64,000 nt of DNA. It comes from a virus. Below, one piece after another: positions 57,790 to 64,000 of this stretch (position 1 is its first letter; every line of letters starts with the position of its first letter). Position numbers and translations under genes: made by a program. Where the stretch lies: IMG/VR virus record IMGVR_UViG_3300027759_000056, positions 47,977-111,976 of that record; one strand, written 5' to 3'. The notes under the pieces are model-generated. The model searched no databases. It saw only the letters and a list, made by a program, of their open reading frames with translations, and was not told the DNA's origin.

Positions 57790-58380
57790 TTATTTCATCT
57801 TTTTAATTTTTGTTACAACTCCTTCAAATACATGTTGACCAACTCTAAAACTAATTTGTTCTTTTGTCTTAGATGAACTTTCAGCAACTAAACCTTTTTC
57901 AGTTAAAACCTCGGTAATAGTGTCCCTGATAATTGACTTTAATAAACTATAATCAATTCCTGAAGTATTTTGTGGTTGATACTGTACTTGAGGTTGTCTT
58001 GGTGTATTTGATTCTTGTATATTACCTCTAGCATCTGTTTTCATTAATCTTGCTGCGGCTTCCACAATATCATTAGATAATGTTGGACCACCAAAACCAG
58101 CAGGTTGTTCAATTGGATGTTCCATCATTAATTGTTTAATCTCATTTGGTAATTTTGAATTTAATATTTTGTCTCTTGTTGGTAATTGGTTTGTTGTTTG
58201 AGCAACTGGTTTTTGAGTTTCAGACAAATATTCTTGTGGTATGTTATAATTTGCTGGTGGCGCATTATATGTCTCTAATTCTGGCATTGAGATGTTTCTT
58301 GCACCTCCTCTTGGGGTATCTTTTGTAGCATCCATAATTTTTTTGGCTACTACTAATTTTTGCATAAATTCGTTATTCAT
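57790..58380 (-). CDS. hypothetical protein
   Basis: 196-aa ORF. Confidence 0.7.
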   Translation of the reverse strand: MNNEFMQKLVVAKKIMDATKDTPRGGARNISMPELETYNAPPANYNIPQEYLSETQKPVAQTTNQLPTRDKILNSKLPNEIKQLMMEHPIEQPAGFGGPTLSNDIVEAAARLMKTDARGNIQESNTPRQPQVQYQPQNTSGIDYSLLKSIIRDTITEVLTEKGLVAESSSKTKEQISFRVGQHVFEGVVTKIKKMK

Positions 58381-58777
58381 TGTATTCTGTTTGTGTTGGA
58401 AATTTAGCGATAACTATAACTTGTGTCATACTTCTATCACCGTTAAAGTTATAGCCAGGTTTAGGTTCTGTAAAGATATCACGTAAAGGTTTATACATAG
58501 TTATTTTATCAATACGAAATAACCTCCATGATGGGAGTGGTTGTTCTCCCTTATAAGCGGTGTGAGAAGAACCTTCTCTGTCCCATCCTCTTAGTACTAA
58601 GTTACCCGCTTTAGAACGACCTAAAGCAACTGGTTCAATTTCTCTTAAACCTCTACCACCTGGTTCATCACCTTCATAATAAATGGAGCACACTTGTCTT
58701 TGTTCAATTGATTTTCTAATATCATCAATTGACGCTGCTTCAGTTAGTAATGATTTTAATGAACCTAATAATTTCAT
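58373..58777 (-). CDS. stand-alone WYL domain protein
   Basis: IYYEG...REIEPVALG...LRGW...WRLFRIDKI. Confidence 0.8.
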   Translation of the reverse strand: MKLLGSLKSLLTEAASIDDIRKSIEQRQVCSIYYEGDEPGGRGLREIEPVALGRSKAGNLVLRGWDREGSSHTAYKGEQPLPSWRLFRIDKITMYKPLRDIFTEPKPGYNFNGDRSMTQVIVIAKFPTQTEYNE

Positions 58778-58778
58778 T

Positions 58779-59069
58779 TTATCCTTCTACCTTGTATGGT
58801 TTGTTAGGTTGGTATTTATTTATTTTGATTTCGTTTTTTCTTTCAGTAATATCTACTGAAGTTCCAGCTAAACCATTGTAAACATCTAAAAACGAACCAG
58901 TACCACGACCTAATACATCACCATCACCCATGGCATCAGGGTTTGTTGATGAATAAAGGTTTCCTTGTTGGTTATAATCGTTTTTAACTAGATTCTTTTT
59001 TCTTTCTACGTCAGCAATTGCTGTTAATTTATTTGCTGGTTGTGAAAAATCTAAAGGTAATTTTTCCAT
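58779..59069 (-). CDS. hypothetical protein
   Basis: coupled ORF. Confidence 0.65.
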   Translation of the reverse strand: MEKLPLDFSQPANKLTAIADVERKKNLVKNDYNQQGNLYSSTNPDAMGDGDVLGRGTGSFLDVYNGLAGTSVDITERKNEIKINKYQPNKPYKVEG

Positions 59070-59070
59070 A

Positions 59071-59541
59071 TTATAAAAGTTTTGTTATTAAATCATTTAT
59101 CCTTTTAAGGCTTTCAGTAACTTGTAAATCATATTTTTCAATTGTACTTTTATTGGCTGTATCTTGTGAAATATTCAAATTCACATTTGGGTCTGCCAAC
59201 TCAGGTTTGCTACCATCCATACCTGTATTATTTCTAATTTCTTTTGATGTTGAAAGGGATTGTCTAGCTCCTGATAAAATAGAATTTACAAAATCTTTCA
59301 TTTTATTTTCACCATTTAAGATAAACGGTGCGTCTTGTGGGTTACCTTTGTGACTATCAAAAAAATTTTTAATTCTTTTTAACTCAGGGTACCCAACTTG
59401 ATTTGCCAATTGTAATCTTCTATTACGATTATATCCTTCAACATTAGCATCCGCATTTTTAACCTTAGCAAAACATATTTTCATATGTTGTTGCATATGT
59501 TGAGGAAACTGCCAAACTTTACCGTAAAGTTGATTATTCAC
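59071..59541 (-). CDS. hypothetical protein
   Basis: C-terminal VTESLKRINDLI. Confidence 0.65.
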   Translation of the reverse strand: MNNQLYGKVWQFPQHMQQHMKICFAKVKNADANVEGYNRNRRLQLANQVGYPELKRIKNFFDSHKGNPQDAPFILNGENKMKDFVNSILSGARQSLSTSKEIRNNTGMDGSKPELADPNVNLNISQDTANKSTIEKYDLQVTESLKRINDLITKLL

Positions 59542-60340
59542 TTTTCATTAATTTTATAATATCTGAATTACTTAAACCTTCTTTATCCGCCATTTTTTTC
59601 AAAGCCTTAAGATTTTTTATAAGTAATTTAGATGCGTTTATTTCTTTTGACTGAACATCAGTTTCTTTACTTTTTTTAGTTAAGATGTCTTCAAGAACTT
59701 TAATCATTTTTTCTCTCTCCAATGTTAAAATTCTCATGTCAGAACCTTTTTTCTTTTTCTTATTAAATTTTGGGTCTTTACCAAATTCCAAAGCTCTTCC
59801 TTCAGGGTCTTCAACTCCCATATCAGCCAAAACCTCAATTGTTTCATCTGGTGGTAAATCTTTAGTTTCTTCATATCCAAAGGCTTTTGACATATCTTCT
59901 TCTCTCTGAACACTTTCACCATAATAAACCCTATAACCACGAGTCAATGGATTTCCAGCTTGAGTTGTGGCAAATACTGTTTGGTCCATTGTTTTTGTTG
60001 GAGATAATTTAGGATTATGAATTGGAATTTTTGAGTTGTTTAATGTACCATCAAAATCAATTAGTTCATCAATCTCTTCTTTTTCTTCTTTTTCAGGTGA
60101 AATCTTTTTAATTAAATTTCTAATATCTGATTTAGAAAATTTCTTTTTAGATTTTATAACTTTTTCAACTAATCTTTTAATATTAGTTTCGGCACTTAAC
60201 GGTACAGATATAAGTTCGTCAATGTCTCTTGCTTCAGTTAAAGTATTTCCAACTGAGAAATAAACATCAATATTTTTTGCTCTTTTCTTTAGAAAGAAGT
60301 AGTTGTTGTCTGAATAATATTCTTTACCAAAATCAATCAT
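59534..60340 (-). CDS. hypothetical protein
   Basis: 268-aa ORF; TATTTAT upstream. Confidence 0.65.
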   Translation of the reverse strand: MIDFGKEYYSDNNYFFLKKRAKNIDVYFSVGNTLTEARDIDELISVPLSAETNIKRLVEKVIKSKKKFSKSDIRNLIKKISPEKEEKEEIDELIDFDGTLNNSKIPIHNPKLSPTKTMDQTVFATTQAGNPLTRGYRVYYGESVQREEDMSKAFGYEETKDLPPDETIEVLADMGVEDPEGRALEFGKDPKFNKKKKKGSDMRILTLEREKMIKVLEDILTKKSKETDVQSKEINASKLLIKNLKALKKMADKEGLSNSDIIKLMKSE

Positions 60341-60386
60341 GATTATTTTTTTACTATAAATACTGCGTCAAAGGTATTTATCTTAT

Positions 60387-62540
60387 ATGGCTTATCAGAA
60401 CATTAATCAATATGTCTATAATAAATGGTATTTACAACCCGTGCAACAGGTTGAAGACCTTTCATTATCTAATGATGAACGTGAATATAACGAAGAAGTT
60501 GTGTTCTCACCTTTGATTATTGGTTCCAATAATGGAAATATTTTACCTGTAAAAATGGACTTAAATAGTTCAGGTTCAAGTGAGGGTTATATATTAGATT
60601 ATGGTGAATATGTTCCTGAGAACATAATTATTTCTGAAAATTATTATAATGATTTACAACTTGATTTAAGTTGTTTTTCATCAAAAACAATTTGTGATAT
60701 TGGATTAACTGGCACGGATAACGGATTGGTAACTCAAATGACTGGAGAAACCATAACATTTACAAATGGTTTATTACCCAACATTGATAAATTTGATAGA
60801 AAAAAATTCGATAGAAGATTAAAATTACACCAAGTAACAGGTTATACTTGGAATCCAAACCATAGATTTTCAGGTGTGACTGCCGGTACAATGTATGAAG
60901 TAGTATCGTATAACGCTTCTGATGTTGGAATTTACCATGAACTATATGGTGGTTTTTATCAAGGGTTTTATGAATTATTTGGTTATGATTATCAAATTTT
61001 ACCTGAAAGATATCCAAAAGGTTGGACCGTTGAAATGACGTTAAAACCAAGACTTATCAATGAGTACGTCCCACAATCAGGACAAACAACATTAAATGAG
61101 TACTACCCAAATAATTCGGGAATATTCTTTTACATGGGAACAAGAGCCGAAAACAAATATTGGCACCACGCAAACGGACCAAATTCAGGATACACCGCAT
61201 ATACTCGTGTGACCGAAACTTTAACAGGTGAAACAACTTGTATGTGTAATGACTTAAACCCAGGTTACACATCATCATCAACAACATATTTTAATATGAC
61301 AGAAGTTAGTGGGTTATTACTAATCAGTCCAAATTTATCATGGGAAGCTGGTGATGAAATTTTGGTGTATCACGATTTTGAAAACTATGTTTTAGGTAAT
61401 GTAACTGGTTATACCGCATCCACAGGTTATATTGGTTTTACAGTAACCGAAAGAGTTCATCCAACAGATTTTAAATTTTGGTTAATTGATAAACCCGACT
61501 TTTTAGAATATGCCGTTTCAAACTGTTATAGTGTTTACCCCCCAACAGGGACGACAAATTATCATTATACAAACACACCATGTTGTACGGGACCTCAAGA
61601 TTGGGTTGACGATTTAAATACATGGTACGACTCAATGTCAAACGCATTGGCAATAAGATTTAGTGGTGACCCCCACAATCCAAAGATTTGTGTAAGAACA
61701 TTAACATTTACAGGGGATTGTATTTTCACAGGAGCATGTGAAACTTTAGGAAGAGAATCGGTAACAGGTTATTCAATTAACAACTATTGTTCTACCAAAG
61801 GAATTTATGATGATTGTAGTGGAACAACATATGACCAACAAGAACATTGGGTGTTGATAGATGCGGTGTTTGAAAGATATACTTGGTTTGATACTTGTGA
61901 TTTAGTTTATCGTGGTGGATTGGGTGTGATTACATCGGTTCCATATACGGCATCTACGGACCAAAATTCTGTATCATTAATTTCACCACCAACAACACAC
62001 TATCAATTAATACCACCAGTGATTGAGTTGGTTGAATTAAATAACAATTGGTTATTGGAAAAAGATTACCGTAAGGGTAAATTTAAGATTTATGTAAATG
62101 GAAAACATTTTACAACATTTGAGAATGTTGAAGAAATTATTCCTCGTGGATTATACGGACCAAAAGAAACTCAAGTGGGTGTACCATTTAATATTTCTTG
62201 GGGTGGTGGAACACAAGGATTACATGAGAATTTAGTGTTCAGTGCAATGCCGACAAGTTTTATTAATCAGTATATTCAAGACCCTGAATTATTCCCACCA
62301 AATATTTTGAGTGGAACAAGTTTAAGTGCTTTGACAACAAACATATTGATTGAAGAAAATTTTGGGGGAACTTTTGATGGTGGAATTTCAATGTTTAACA
62401 TGTATGCGAAACCATTGTCGGTTCCTGAAATACAACATAATGCTCGAGTTCTAAAAAATAGATATAAACTTTTGAACCCATATTGTAAAGATTGTGAAGT
62501 CAATGTAGATGGGGACTTCTATTACGAATATATTTATTAA
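60387..62540 (+). CDS. virion protein with LamG/concanavalin-like domain
   Basis: GWTVEMTL...KIYVNG...FDGGISMFNMYAKPLSVPEIQHN. Confidence 0.7.
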   Translation: MAYQNINQYVYNKWYLQPVQQVEDLSLSNDEREYNEEVVFSPLIIGSNNGNILPVKMDLNSSGSSEGYILDYGEYVPENIIISENYYNDLQLDLSCFSSKTICDIGLTGTDNGLVTQMTGETITFTNGLLPNIDKFDRKKFDRRLKLHQVTGYTWNPNHRFSGVTAGTMYEVVSYNASDVGIYHELYGGFYQGFYELFGYDYQILPERYPKGWTVEMTLKPRLINEYVPQSGQTTLNEYYPNNSGIFFYMGTRAENKYWHHANGPNSGYTAYTRVTETLTGETTCMCNDLNPGYTSSSTTYFNMTEVSGLLLISPNLSWEAGDEILVYHDFENYVLGNVTGYTASTGYIGFTVTERVHPTDFKFWLIDKPDFLEYAVSNCYSVYPPTGTTNYHYTNTPCCTGPQDWVDDLNTWYDSMSNALAIRFSGDPHNPKICVRTLTFTGDCIFTGACETLGRESVTGYSINNYCSTKGIYDDCSGTTYDQQEHWVLIDAVFERYTWFDTCDLVYRGGLGVITSVPYTASTDQNSVSLISPPTTHYQLIPPVIELVELNNNWLLEKDYRKGKFKIYVNGKHFTTFENVEEIIPRGLYGPKETQVGVPFNISWGGGTQGLHENLVFSAMPTSFINQYIQDPELFPPNILSGTSLSALTTNILIEENFGGTFDGGISMFNMYAKPLSVPEIQHNARVLKNRYKLLNPYCKDCEVNVDGDFYYEYIY

Positions 62541-62542
62541 AG

Positions 62543-64000
62543 ATGGCTTGTGGTATTTTTGTTTCGAGTGTAAAATTTTCAGGGCAGACATGTCAAGTTA
62601 CTTTCTTAGAGGATGGTACTAATCAAACATATCTTTTGGGTGATGAAACTATTCCGTTTACTTTTTTTCCTTCTGATGGAACACCACAGGGAACATATTT
62701 CATTTATTTCTCAGGGACTGACACAACATATCCTTTGGTTGTAAGTGGGGCTTGTCCGACACCTACGCCAACGTTAACACAAACAAATACACCAACACCT
62801 ACAGTTACGACTGGACTTACACCAACGGCAACTCAAACACCAACTTTAACACCAACACCAACAATAACAAAAACTTCGGGAATTTATAACGCATTATTCA
62901 CTACTGGTAGTACAATATATAATTCATGTTATTCTAACAATACGGTTAGATTGTATTTTGATGTACCATTTTATACTCCGTTCCAAAATGCATATCTTAA
63001 CTCAAATTTCACAACATTTGCACCTGTAGGATATTACACAAATTCTGGTGTTGTGTATAGTTACAATGGTTTTGATTTGGAAAGTCAGGGAGCGTGTCCG
63101 TCAGTAACACCTACAGCTACGTTGACACCAACACCAACTGTCACAACTGGATTAACACCAACTGCCACCGCAACATTAACAGTAACACCAACAGTAACCG
63201 CAACTAACACTGTAACACCTACAGTTACTCCAACGGTTACAAAAACACCAACACAAACAATAACAACAACTCCAAGTGTTACATCAACTAAAACACCTAC
63301 AGTTACACCAACGGCAACAAAAACACCAACACCTTCAGTTACTAACACACCAACTGTAACACCAACTAAAAACTTTGAAGGTTGTGAATATTATATGTTG
63401 GTTAATGAATCTGATATGGGTAGTGTTATCTATTCATATATTAATTGTAATGGTTCATTGGTTACGGGTAATGTTTTACCACCAAATCCTAATGTTTATT
63501 TATGTGCTAAGAAAAATAGTGTAGTTAGAACGGGTGGTGTGGATTCATTGGTAATAACTGATTTGGGATTATGCCCGACACCAACTCAAACACCAACTCA
63601 GACACCCACAAATACACTTACACAGACAGTAACTCAAACTAATACACCAACAAACACTCAAACTCCAACACTAACTCCAACAAATACACAAACATCAACT
63701 TTAACACCAACACCAACTAAAACGCCAGCACCGTCAAATAATTTGACATATTCTTCAATACCTAACGATGATTTATTATATACCAACATTCCGGCAAATA
63801 ATATAAATTCTTTAGATATTCCAAATGATGATTTAATTTATACCAACATTCCCGCAAATAATATAAATTCTTTAGATATTCCAAATGATGATTTAATTTA
63901 TGGTAATATTCCCGCAAATAATATAAATTCTTTAGATATTCCAAATGATGATTTAATTTATGGTAATATTCCCGCAAATAACGTAAATGCCTCAGATATT
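62543..64000 (+). CDS. Thr/Pro-rich virion/fiber protein (partial, runs off the window)
   Basis: ATG 62543 (MACGIFVSS...); CPTPTP repeats; frame read as open to the window end. Confidence 0.75.
   Translation, partial: MACGIFVSSVKFSGQTCQVTFLEDGTNQTYLLGDETIPFTFFPSDGTPQGTYFIYFSGTDTTYPLVVSGACPTPTPTLTQTNTPTPTVTTGLTPTATQTPTLTPTPTITKTSGIYNALFTTGSTIYNSCYSNNTVRLYFDVPFYTPFQNAYLNSNFTTFAPVGYYTNSGVVYSYNGFDLESQGACPSVTPTATLTPTPTVTTGLTPTATATLTVTPTVTATNTVTPTVTPTVTKTPTQTITTTPSVTSTKTPTVTPTATKTPTPSVTNTPTVTPTKNFEGCEYYMLVNESDMGSVIYSYINCNGSLVTGNVLPPNPNVYLCAKKNSVVRTGGVDSLVITDLGLCPTPTQTPTQTPTNTLTQTVTQTNTPTNTQTPTLTPTNTQTSTLTPTPTKTPAPSNNLTYSSIPNDDLLYTNIPANNINSLDIPNDDLIYTNIPANNINSLDIPNDDLIYGNIPANNINSLDIPNDDLIYGNIPANNVNASDI
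63764..64000 (+). repeat. 60-bp tandem repeat (NDDLIYTNIPANNINSLDIP), about 4 copies visible
   Basis: near-identical consecutive 60-nt lines. Confidence 0.9.

Noticed and set aside
63764-64000. CRISPR array
   Set aside because: Contiguous in-frame repeats with no unique spacers; the same applies to the Thr/Pro repeats at 25220-25760.

Overview
This 64-kb window is part of a large T4-like (myovirus-type) phage genome in the standard genetic code. The host is very likely Bacteroidota: TAnnTTTG promoters are repeated throughout, and the bS21 and aminotransferase are Bacteroidota-type. Bases 1-17.2 kb are an RNA-rich accessory region with 27 canonical tRNAs (mostly in two arrays), tmRNA, two tRNA-like RNAs with greatly expanded middles and several unassigned structured RNAs. 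Bases 18-25 kb carry a peptidase, a ClpC lacking its N-domain, a UVR-domain protein, KTSC and a nucleotidyltransferase-like gene. Bases 25-40 kb are the head/packaging module (terminase, portal, bS21, prohead protease, scaffold, major capsid). Bases 41-60 kb (minus strand) hold baseplate-like genes, a putative late sigma factor, a glycosyltransferase/nucleotide-metabolism cluster and WYL. Bases 60-64 kb encode LamG-like and Thr/Pro-rich virion proteins. Standout finding: each tRNA array is preceded by an unannotated short leader ORF, a mutually exclusive antiterminator/terminator and a boxA-like site. Leader 1 contains 13 consecutive codons (KHVIQFCSNWYLR) that are exactly the 13 amino acids of the 13 tRNAs downstream. 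Leader 2 (core GTPATEADT plus an ATA codon) matches the complementary second array. This looks like a ribosome-stalling attenuator system that senses depletion of any tRNA and switches on phage replacements. All calls were made by eye; no database searches or folding programs were run.
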